A stretch of 32,000 nt of DNA from Prochlorococcus marinus subsp. pastoris str. CCMP1986 (GTDB lineage Bacteria; Cyanobacteriota; Cyanobacteriia; PCC-6307; Cyanobiaceae), in NCBI RefSeq assembly GCF_000011465.1, contig NC_005072.1:180001-212000 (forward strand). The letters are read 5' to 3'. The notes under the pieces were generated by a model that ran no database searches, was not told where the DNA came from, and saw nothing but the letters and a program-made list of their open reading frames with translations. The translations under genes were made by a program, and so were the position numbers. Positions 18,413 through 27,260 of this stretch are shown here, one piece after another (the first letter of the stretch is position 1; each line of letters opens with the position of its first letter).

Positions 18413-21172
18413 TCAGCTAGGTTTAAACAAAATCTCATCTTTTTTTGAAGGGCTAATTTTTACAGATATATTTTTTTTATTTTTAAAATTATCTTCTAAT
18501 AGTTTTGATGCTAGTGGATTTTCTATTTGTCTTCTAAGTTCTCTTCCTAAGGGCCTAGCACCATATTCAGGCTGATAGGAATCATTAGCAATCTTTTGTA
18601 TAACTCTTTTATCAATATTAATTTTTATCCCCTGTTCAAGTAATAATTTTTTTAAATCTTCTATTTGTAAAAGAATTATTTTTTGTAGTTGATCGATTGA
18701 TAGTGTATCAAACTTTACTATTTCATCAATTCTGTTTAAAAATTCGGGTCTAAAAATAGAGGATAATGATTTATTAATAGAATCTTGTAAAGTTTGTTTT
18801 CTTAATTCGGAATTTTCTTTTTGATTCGTAATTATTTTTGAATCTTCTAATATTATTTTTCCAGCTAAATTGCTAGTCATTATTATGACTGTATTTTTGA
18901 AGTCAACAGTTCTCCCTTGAGAATCCGTTAATCTTCCTTCATCTAAAACTTGTAGGAGGATATTGAAAACTTCTGAATGCGCTTTTTCGATCTCATCAAG
19001 GAGAATTACAGAATAAGGTTTTCTCCTAACTGCTTCAGTTAATTGCCCTCCCTCTTCGTAGCCAACATAACCTGGAGGAGCTCCTAAAAGTCTTGCGACA
19101 GCGTTTTTCTCCATATATTCACTCATATCAAGTCTTAATAAAGCTTCTTCTTCATCAAATAATGATGATGCCAAAGATTTTGCTAATTCTGTCTTGCCAA
19201 CTCCTGTCGGACCCATAAATAAGAATGATCCAATTGGTCTTTTAGGATTCTTCATTCCAACTCTCGCTCTTCGTATCGCAGAAGAAACAGCTTTTATAGC
19301 TTTTTCTTGTCCAATAACTTTTTCACTTATTTCTAACTCCAAGTTAACTAATTTTTTTCTTTCATTAGAAACTACTTTGGCAATAGGAATTCCAGTTATT
19401 TTTGAAATAACATCAGCAATATCATCAGGTTCAACTTGATATTTCAAATTATAGTTTCTATTTCTTTGAAGTTTCTGGCAACTTATCTCAACATTTTTTA
19501 TTTCACATTCAACTTCATTTAGCTCTGCTTCTAGATTATTTAGGTTATCAAAATTATCTATTTCATCGCTATGAATGCTTAATTCTTCGATTTTTAGAAT
19601 TAGCCTATTCTCTTCTTTTAACAAAAAAAATAATTGTTCCATTTTTTCTCGATCATTTTCCCAATCATTAGTAATTTCATTCAATTTCTTTATAGATAAT
19701 TCTTTGCTTTCTAATAACTTTTCTCTTTCTTCGATATTTTCGGGGAAGATATTTTGTAACTTACTTTCAATAGTATCGATATTTTTTTCTTCATCGATAA
19801 TTGTTTGGGGTTTTATATTAGATTCAATTTTTAATTGGGCTGCTGCTTCATCTATCAAATCTATTGCTTTATCTGGAAGGCACTTATCACTTATGTATCT
19901 ATCTGCAAGTCTGGCAGAACAATTAATTGCTTCTTCTGTAATTCTAATGCCATGATGTAATTCATATTTCTTTTTTATACCCTGTAAAATTTTTGCACTT
20001 AACTCAACTGATGGTTCATTAACTAATATCTTTTGAAAACAATTATTTAATGACTGATCTTTTTCAATACTTTCGCGAAATTTTTCAGGCGTTGTTGTTC
20101 CTATGCATCTGAGCTCACCGTCGGTAAGTAAAGGTTTTAAAATGTTGCTTATATCTGTTGTAGTTCTATCAGAAGTGATTATTGTATGAATTTCATCAAT
20201 AAATAAAATAATGCCTTGATTAGAGTCTTTAATTTCATTAAGTATTAAGCTTAGTCTTTCCTCTAATTGACCTCTAAATTTTGTTCCAGAAACTAATGCT
20301 CCCAAGTCAAGAGAGATAATTTTTGAGTTTTTTAACAAATCAGGAACTTTTTTTTCTACTATCAATTGAGCAAGTAATTTGGCAATAGAAGTTTTGCCAA
20401 CGCCTGGATGACCAATGAGGATTGGATTATTTTTGCTTCGTCGAGATAAAACTCTCATTACGTTATTAATCTCATCCCCTCGCCCTATTACTGGGTCTAG
20501 CAGACCTTTTTCAGCAGATTCTGTTAAATCTTTTCCGTAAAGAGACAGTACATTCTCTTCAGTTTTTTGCTTGGTTTTAATTATAAGATTACTTTTCGGT
20601 GAAGGGATAATGGCTTTTGATTCCTTTATTAGCTCCTCCTTATCACTTTCATCGATAGATTTATTTATTAAAATTTTATCTTCATCAGATATATATTTTT
20701 TATTTTCTATATAATTTTGTCTTTGAATAATATTTGGGGAAAATTTTAATTCTTCTTCTAATTGTTCTACTGAAAGATCTCCCTCTTGAAAAACATAATT
20801 TCCTATTCTTGGATCACTGCCTAAAGCAATTAACAAATGAGGAATATCTATAAATTTAGAACCCCACTGTGTTTTTATTTGATTCGCATTGTCTAATAAA
20901 ATTTCGAGCTCTTCACCAATAGTAAAAATATCTGAATCATTTATTGGGGTTTCTTCTAAAAATTCTTCAGTTATGTCTAGAACTGTATTTTGATCTATTG
21001 ATAACTTTTCTATAAATGAAAAAAATTCACTTGAGGTGAACAAAGTATGAATAATATGTTCAATATTAAATTCACTATGATCCCATTTTTTTGCAGTTTC
21101 TTCTCCCAATAAAAGAAGATTCCAACTTATATCACTAAAAAGTTCTGGATTTGAGGTAAGAGTTTCTCTCAT
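18413..21172 (-). CDS. clpB: ClpB-type AAA+ disaggregase paralogue
   Basis: 919-aa ORF. Divergent Clp_N domain. NBD1: Walker A GHPGVGKTS, Walker B ILFIDEIH. A long coiled-coil middle domain distinguishes ClpB from ClpA/ClpC. NBD2: Walker A GPTGVGKTE, Walker B VILLDEIEKAH, and GARPL sensor-2. An extra ~50-aa Lys/Glu/Ile-rich linker lies between the N domain and NBD1. Confidence 0.9.
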   Translation of the reverse strand: MRETLTSNPELFSDISWNLLLLGEETAKKWDHSEFNIEHIIHTLFTSSEFFSFIEKLSIDQNTVLDITEEFLEETPINDSDIFTIGEELEILLDNANQIKTQWGSKFIDIPHLLIALGSDPRIGNYVFQEGDLSVEQLEEELKFSPNIIQRQNYIENKKYISDEDKILINKSIDESDKEELIKESKAIIPSPKSNLIIKTKQKTEENVLSLYGKDLTESAEKGLLDPVIGRGDEINNVMRVLSRRSKNNPILIGHPGVGKTSIAKLLAQLIVEKKVPDLLKNSKIISLDLGALVSGTKFRGQLEERLSLILNEIKDSNQGIILFIDEIHTIITSDRTTTDISNILKPLLTDGELRCIGTTTPEKFRESIEKDQSLNNCFQKILVNEPSVELSAKILQGIKKKYELHHGIRITEEAINCSARLADRYISDKCLPDKAIDLIDEAAAQLKIESNIKPQTIIDEEKNIDTIESKLQNIFPENIEEREKLLESKELSIKKLNEITNDWENDREKMEQLFFLLKEENRLILKIEELSIHSDEIDNFDNLNNLEAELNEVECEIKNVEISCQKLQRNRNYNLKYQVEPDDIADVISKITGIPIAKVVSNERKKLVNLELEISEKVIGQEKAIKAVSSAIRRARVGMKNPKRPIGSFLFMGPTGVGKTELAKSLASSLFDEEEALLRLDMSEYMEKNAVARLLGAPPGYVGYEEGGQLTEAVRRKPYSVILLDEIEKAHSEVFNILLQVLDEGRLTDSQGRTVDFKNTVIIMTSNLAGKIILEDSKIITNQKENSELRKQTLQDSINKSLSSIFRPEFLNRIDEIVKFDTLSIDQLQKIILLQIEDLKKLLLEQGIKINIDKRVIQKIANDSYQPEYGARPLGRELRRQIENPLASKLLEDNFKNKKNISVKISPSKKDEILFKPS

Positions 21173-21452
21173 AAACTATATAAGATTTATGCTTGGTAAT
21201 TTATTTTTATCTTAATTAAGAATAACTTAATGATCATTTAGAATTTTTATAATTATAGGTTGTATTTAAAAAATTTTATTTAATAAAGAGATTTTTTAGT
21301 TTGATTGGAAAATTTTCATGATTACTAGATAATTGGTAAAGGGTTTAAGAACTTGTTTTGAAATCAAAAAAAATAATTTGATTATCTTCTTTATATTTCA
21401 GATATTAGCCAAATACTTCAGCTATTTATAGGATTTAAATAGTATTAATTAA

Positions 21453-22748
<1,296 letters not shown>

Positions 22749-22751
22749 TTT

Positions 22752-24419
22752 TTATTGCTTCAGCTTTTCTATTCTTGAACCTTTTCTCATGCTTAATTGA
22801 CACTTAATCCAATCAATACTTATTGGAGCTGCAAAAATTAAAGGTAAGACCGCAAAATTATTTTGGTTATTAGTTACTAGTAAGGCTGATGCTATGGTTA
22901 AGCTTCCTATAAGAATAGAATGACCTAATGATTTTTGCGCAGTAAACATTTTCTTAAATTGCCTATCAGACTCGCCCATCCTTATTTGAAGTTGTAAATC
23001 ACCCTGCTCTAATCTCTCTAAACTCTCATCAATTCTTTTTGGGATACCTACAGCCTTTGAACCTAACTCTCCTACTTGCCTACCAAATTGGTTAATTAAA
23101 TCATTAGGTGTTTGATTGTTAGAAGTCATTAAATCAATTAGATAAGGCTTAGTTATTGATACAAGGTTAAACCCTGGATCTAACATCCTACCAACACCTT
23201 CAAAAGTTGATAGTGCTCTCATTACAAATATTAAATCAACTGGTAGCTGAAAAGGAGTTTCATAAACAAGTTCGTATAAGTCCCCAGAAAGTTTTTCAAT
23301 GATATTTGGGCTGAATGGTGGAGTTAAAGCTTCTTTCAGCATTAATCTAACTAATCTTCTAACTGGACCTACATCTATATTTTTAGAAATCAAGCCCGCT
23401 TGCTGGAGTTGAGTTACTAGTGATGATGCATCTCTTAATGCTGCAGATTGAACCATAGATCCTAAGCTTGCTTGTAGATTATTTGAAATATTGCCCATCA
23501 TCCCAAAATCATAAAAGATTAACTTGCTTGAATTTGAAACGGCTAAATTACCTGGATGAGGATCAGCATGAAAAAAACCATAATTTACGAGCTGTTTTAA
23601 ATAGCTAACTGCACCTATTTCTGCAATCTTTGATAAGTCAATATTCTTAGATTTTAATTTTTCAACATCACTTATTTTTGTACCTTCTAAATAACTTAAA
23701 CAAAGAACTCTTTCAGTGCTCAAGTTCCAAATTACCTCAGGAATTTCTACATTTTCATCATCAATAAATTGCTGCCTAAATCTTGCGGCGTATTGAGCTT
23801 CACATTTAAAATCTAGTTCTTTCATAAGAACTTTTCTACACTCTTTTGCTATTGCAACCCAATTCCTTCCTCTACTCCAGTTCTTATTCTTTTGGATTAT
23901 GAAAGCAATTTGTTGCATTATGCTCAAATCGATTGTGAATAAATTCTTCAGATTAGGTCTTTGAACTTTAAATACAACTTCTTTCCCATCTTTTAAAGTT
24001 GCTTTATGAACCTGAGCTAACGAAGCTGATCCAATTGGAGTAGAAGTAATTTGGTTGATTTCTGAGAACTTATGTCCTAATTCTTTTTGGATAATTTCTT
24101 CAACTTTCGTATATGAGAACTGAGGAACTTGATCTTGTAACTTTGATAATTCTTGTATCCAAGTATTCGGAATTAAATCAGGCCTCGCAGATAATAGCTG
24201 ACCAATTTTGATAAAAGCAGAACCAAGTTCAATTAATTGATTAGTAAACCACTTAGCTCTTCTTATTTGAACTTTATTTTTTTTATCCCTTTTAGTTTGA
24301 AAAATTTTAAATATTAAATTGTCTAGCCATAAATTAACCAAAAGTAAAATAAGTATTCTCCAAATAAGAAATCCTCTTTTGATTTTCTTTATTCGATTTT
24401 TAAATTTATTATTAGTCAT
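22752..24419 (-). CDS. ABC1/UbiB/AarF-family atypical protein kinase
   Basis: 555-aa ORF. ABC1 signature (PIGSASLAQVHKA), catalytic-loop-like HADPHPGN, DFG-equivalent YDFGMMG, plus hydrophobic N- and C-terminal segments. Its ATG shares one base with the stop of the upstream 105-aa ORF (TAATG). Confidence 0.9.
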   Translation of the reverse strand: MTNNKFKNRIKKIKRGFLIWRILILLLVNLWLDNLIFKIFQTKRDKKNKVQIRRAKWFTNQLIELGSAFIKIGQLLSARPDLIPNTWIQELSKLQDQVPQFSYTKVEEIIQKELGHKFSEINQITSTPIGSASLAQVHKATLKDGKEVVFKVQRPNLKNLFTIDLSIMQQIAFIIQKNKNWSRGRNWVAIAKECRKVLMKELDFKCEAQYAARFRQQFIDDENVEIPEVIWNLSTERVLCLSYLEGTKISDVEKLKSKNIDLSKIAEIGAVSYLKQLVNYGFFHADPHPGNLAVSNSSKLIFYDFGMMGNISNNLQASLGSMVQSAALRDASSLVTQLQQAGLISKNIDVGPVRRLVRLMLKEALTPPFSPNIIEKLSGDLYELVYETPFQLPVDLIFVMRALSTFEGVGRMLDPGFNLVSITKPYLIDLMTSNNQTPNDLINQFGRQVGELGSKAVGIPKRIDESLERLEQGDLQLQIRMGESDRQFKKMFTAQKSLGHSILIGSLTIASALLVTNNQNNFAVLPLIFAAPISIDWIKCQLSMRKGSRIEKLKQ

Positions 24420-24736
24420 TAAATTGAATTATTCATTTTTCTATTAAAGTGATCAATTTTTACTTTAATATCTTCTATTTCTTTTAGAACATCACTTAAG
24501 TATGGATCTTGATTAGATTCTGAAGTATCAGCATTTCTACTATTACTTAATTCATTTTCCATTCTTTCAGCTTCTTCAATAATTGCGTCTTTTAGCGTGT
24601 CAAATTCTTTTTTAATTTTTCCTGGGACATCTTGAGCAATGTTTGAAGCTTCTTCAATTTTTTCTACGACTATTTTGTTTAATTTTTCAGTTACCTTTTT
24701 AATAGCTGCTTTTAAAAGATAATCAGAATTCGTCAT
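24419..24736 (-). CDS. small acidic, predicted helical hypothetical protein
   Basis: 105-aa ORF, Glu/Lys-rich with heptad-like spacing (KIVVEKIEEASNIAQD..., LKEIEDIKVKIDHF). It is translationally coupled to the ABC1 kinase gene. I recognise no motif. Coding status rests on length, context and the coupling. Confidence 0.6.
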   Translation of the reverse strand: MTNSDYLLKAAIKKVTEKLNKIVVEKIEEASNIAQDVPGKIKKEFDTLKDAIIEEAERMENELSNSRNADTSESNQDPYLSDVLKEIEDIKVKIDHFNRKMNNSI

Positions 24737-24934
24737 AAATAATATTTAAAGCTTTTAAGCAATTCACAACTTTCATTTATCTAATCATAGATCAATTGAG
24801 AACAAATCTGTAAATTGATTTCCTTTTCAATTTATCTATTCTTATTTTTCCTATGTAAGTTTGTATCTATATTATGCTTTTTTCTTTTTTATCTCTTAAC
24901 TTATATTTATGTAAAAAGGTTAGAAATTTTAATA

Positions 24935-24948
24935 GTATATTTTTCTAC
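24935..24948. promoter_or_regulatory. second perfect GTA-N8-TAC palindrome (NtcA-type) in the divergent promoter region
   Basis: GTAtatttttcTAC lies between the 105-aa ORF/ABC1 operon (-) and the trxB-like gene (+). I could not find a TAN3T box at the canonical 20-24 nt spacing on either strand, so support is weak. Confidence 0.2.
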
Positions 24949-24967
24949 CCAAAAACTCATCTAATTA

Positions 24968-25948
24968 TTGATTAAAAGGAGTTTTATTAAATTGGAAATT
25001 ATTGAGACAGATGTTGCTATTATTGGAGGTGGTCCAGCTGGATGTACCTGTGCATTATATACATCTCGTTCTAACTTAAACACTGTCATAATAGATAAAA
25101 ATCCATCTGTGGGAGCTTTAGCAATAACTCACCAAATTGCTAATTATCCAGGAGTTCCTGTAGATATTAGTGGCGAAAAATTGCTTACATTAATGAGAGA
25201 ACAAGCTGTTCAATATGGAACTGACTATAGAAGAGCTCAAGTTTTTGGTATTGATGTAGCAGAAGATTGGAAGACTGTTTATACACCGGAAGGAACTTTT
25301 AAAGCTAAAGCACTCGTACTTGCAAGTGGGGCTATGGGGAGACCTGCTTCTTTTAAAGGAGAAGCAGATTTCTTAGGAAAGGGTGTAAGTTATTGTGCTA
25401 CATGTGATGGTGCTTTTTATAAAAATAGAGAAGTTGCAGTTGTTGGTGCTAATAAAGAAGCAATTGAGGAAGCTACGGTTCTTACTAAATTTGCTTCAAC
25501 GGTACATTGGATTACATCCAGTGATCCAAAATCAGATAATGAGGAAGCTATGGAATTAATGCATAGCTCTAATATTAAACATTGGAGTAGAACTAGATTA
25601 TTAGAAATAAAAGGAAATGATATGGGAGTTAATGGGGTTGTTGTCAAGAATAAACAAGAAGAAGGGCCTATTAATCTTGATTTAGATGGAGTCTTTGTAT
25701 ACATGAGTGGTTCGAAGCCAATCACTGATTTTTTAGGAGATCAAATTGCTTTAAAGGAAGATGGAGGAGTCATTGTTGATGATTTTATGTCTACCAATTC
25801 TGATGGTGTCTGGGCTATTGGTGATATAAGAAATACACCTTTCAAGCAGGCGGTTGTCGCAGCATCAGATGGATGTATAGCAGCCATGTCTATAGACCGC
25901 TATTTAAATAGTAGAAAAAATATAAGAGTAGATTGGATACACTCTTAA
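24968..25948 (+). CDS. trxB: thioredoxin-reductase-like flavoprotein lacking NADPH-binding motifs (FFTR/DTR type)
   Basis: 326-aa ORF from a TTG. FAD motif GGGPAG, redox-active CATC (25394-25405), and C-terminal GD motif (WAIGD). The NADPH motif GGGxxA is GANKEA and the HRR motif is TSS. An in-frame TTG at 24992, 10 nt after AAGGAG (24976-24981), is an equally good or better start and would give MEIIETDVAIIGGGPAG. Confidence 0.88.
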   Translation: MIKRSFIKLEIIETDVAIIGGGPAGCTCALYTSRSNLNTVIIDKNPSVGALAITHQIANYPGVPVDISGEKLLTLMREQAVQYGTDYRRAQVFGIDVAEDWKTVYTPEGTFKAKALVLASGAMGRPASFKGEADFLGKGVSYCATCDGAFYKNREVAVVGANKEAIEEATVLTKFASTVHWITSSDPKSDNEEAMELMHSSNIKHWSRTRLLEIKGNDMGVNGVVVKNKQEEGPINLDLDGVFVYMSGSKPITDFLGDQIALKEDGGVIVDDFMSTNSDGVWAIGDIRNTPFKQAVVAASDGCIAAMSIDRYLNSRKNIRVDWIHS

Positions 25949-25970
25949 AGAGTTTATAAAATAATTAATT

Positions 25971-26252
25971 TCATAAAGGTGTTGCTTCTGAGATGTAAGC
26001 TACTCCACCGTAATAACTTAGATCAGACTTAATATTGTCACGCATTTGATCAATTAGTTCTTGCTCACAGAAAACTATCACATGAGCATTTGAGCCTAAC
26101 CCAGTGAATTCCATATCTTCAGTAACAACTCTTTCTGGACCTCTCCCAGTTGCATGTTTCATTACTGTATATCCTGGGACATTAGCTTTCTCTAATGTAT
26201 TGATAATTGCATCAAGTTCTCTTTCACTAAAAATTAAATCTAATCTTTTCAT
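25971..26252 (-). CDS. sbtB: PII-like signalling protein, SbtB-like
   Basis: 93-aa ORF with PII-fold pattern (KRLDLIFSERELDAIINTLEKANVPGYTVM...T-loop...HVIVFCEQ). It begins 3 nt after the stop of the sbtA-like gene. It resembles Synechocystis SbtB around GYTVM but is shorter at the C-terminus. Confidence 0.78.
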   Translation of the reverse strand: MKRLDLIFSERELDAIINTLEKANVPGYTVMKHATGRGPERVVTEDMEFTGLGSNAHVIVFCEQELIDQMRDNIKSDLSYYGGVAYISEATPL

Positions 26253-26255
26253 TTT

Positions 26256-27254
26256 TTACAACGGGGAAAGTGGGATAATTTTATTTACTAAACTCATATA
26301 GATTGGGATGCCTAGAACTATATTGAACGGAAAAGTCAAACCTAATGTCGTAGATATATAGTAACTTGATCGTGCTTCTGGGACAGTCATCCTCATTGCT
26401 GCCGGTACAGCTAAATACGAGGCACTTGCACATAAAACCACAAATAAAAGTGCATTTCCAGGTCCTAGAGATAAAAATCTTGCAACGAAAACACCTATAA
26501 AAGCATTAAATAATGGCATGAAGATTGCAAATCCAATTAAATATGAACCCGCATTCTTCAACCTTGGTAATCTTTGAGCTGCAACTATTCCCATGTCTAA
26601 AAGGAAAAAGCATTCTGCTCCATAAAAAAGTTGTCCAGTAAAAGGTTCCATTTTTGAAATGGCTGCGGGATTACTGAAAGCCGTAAGAAAACCAACAATT
26701 AAACTTGATAGTAATAAATAAACTGATCCATTTAAAAGAGACTCATGCAATATGGAGCTAAGATGCATTTTTCTTGAATTGGGTCTATTTTTAGGGGCTG
26801 CAAATTTTACTAGTAATAAGCCTACAATTATTGCCGGAGACTCCATTAAAGCTAAAGCCCCGACCATGAATCCATCGAAGTCTATACTTTGACTCTCTAA
26901 GAAACTTTCTGCTGAGATAAAAGTTACAGCACTGATTGATCCATATGCAGCTGCAATAGCTGCTGAGTTAAAAACATCAAACTTGTATCTTAAGATAAAG
27001 AATCCAATCAGAGGAATTATTAAAGACATAATTATCGCTGCACCTAATGTTGGTAAAACCTGATCAGTAAAACCACTTTTTTGTATTTCAATTCCTCCTT
27101 TAAAACCAATTGCCAAAAGTAAGTATAAAGAAAAAAGTTTAGGTAAAGGAGCAGGTATTTCTAGGTCAGATTTAAAAAATATAGAAATTGCTCCAATTAA
27201 GAAAAAGAGTACAGGAGGAGCTAATACATTTTGTAATATGGGATTTATTTCCAT
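26256..27254 (-). CDS. sbtA: SbtA-like (Sbt_1/DUF897 family) putative sodium-dependent bicarbonate transporter
   Basis: 332-aa polytopic membrane ORF. The N-terminal block PPVLFFLIGAISIFFKSDLEIP....LLLAIGFKGGIEI aligns by eye with Synechocystis SbtA (SPTLAFLIGGMVIA...LLTKIGLTGGMAI). It has an internal two-repeat architecture with only a short central hydrophilic loop (APKNRPNSRKMHL). Confidence 0.8.
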   Translation of the reverse strand: MEINPILQNVLAPPVLFFLIGAISIFFKSDLEIPAPLPKLFSLYLLLAIGFKGGIEIQKSGFTDQVLPTLGAAIIMSLIIPLIGFFILRYKFDVFNSAAIAAAYGSISAVTFISAESFLESQSIDFDGFMVGALALMESPAIIVGLLLVKFAAPKNRPNSRKMHLSSILHESLLNGSVYLLLSSLIVGFLTAFSNPAAISKMEPFTGQLFYGAECFFLLDMGIVAAQRLPRLKNAGSYLIGFAIFMPLFNAFIGVFVARFLSLGPGNALLFVVLCASASYLAVPAAMRMTVPEARSSYYISTTLGLTFPFNIVLGIPIYMSLVNKIIPLSPL

Positions 27255-27260
27255 AAATTA

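Noticed and set aside
19575-19955. 126-aa + strand ORF (and 19194-19439) inside clpB
   Set aside because: It is antisense to the ClpB middle domain. The Ser/Phe/Ile-rich sequence has no motifs, so it is a shadow ORF.
24791-24819. 7-bp inverted repeat ATCAATT-N15-AATTGAT (includes palindrome TCAATTGA) upstream of the 105-aa ORF
   Set aside because: It is short and pure A/T plus one G/C pair, in a spacer that is extremely AT-rich. Such repeats are expected by chance, and I recognise no matching known operator.
24874-24975. 33-codon hydrophobic ORF (MLFSFLSLNLYLCKK...) in the spacer upstream of the trxB-like gene
   Set aside because: It has no ribosome-binding signal, overlaps the probable promoter and start region of the flavoprotein gene, and has the composition of translated AT-rich spacer.
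25949-25970. Possible functional link between the convergent trxB-like gene and the SbtB-like gene (thioredoxin control of SbtB)
   Set aside because: The genes are convergent and not co-transcribed. This SbtB-like protein lacks the C-terminal cysteine pair that mediates thioredoxin control in Synechocystis. The adjacency is most simply coincidental.
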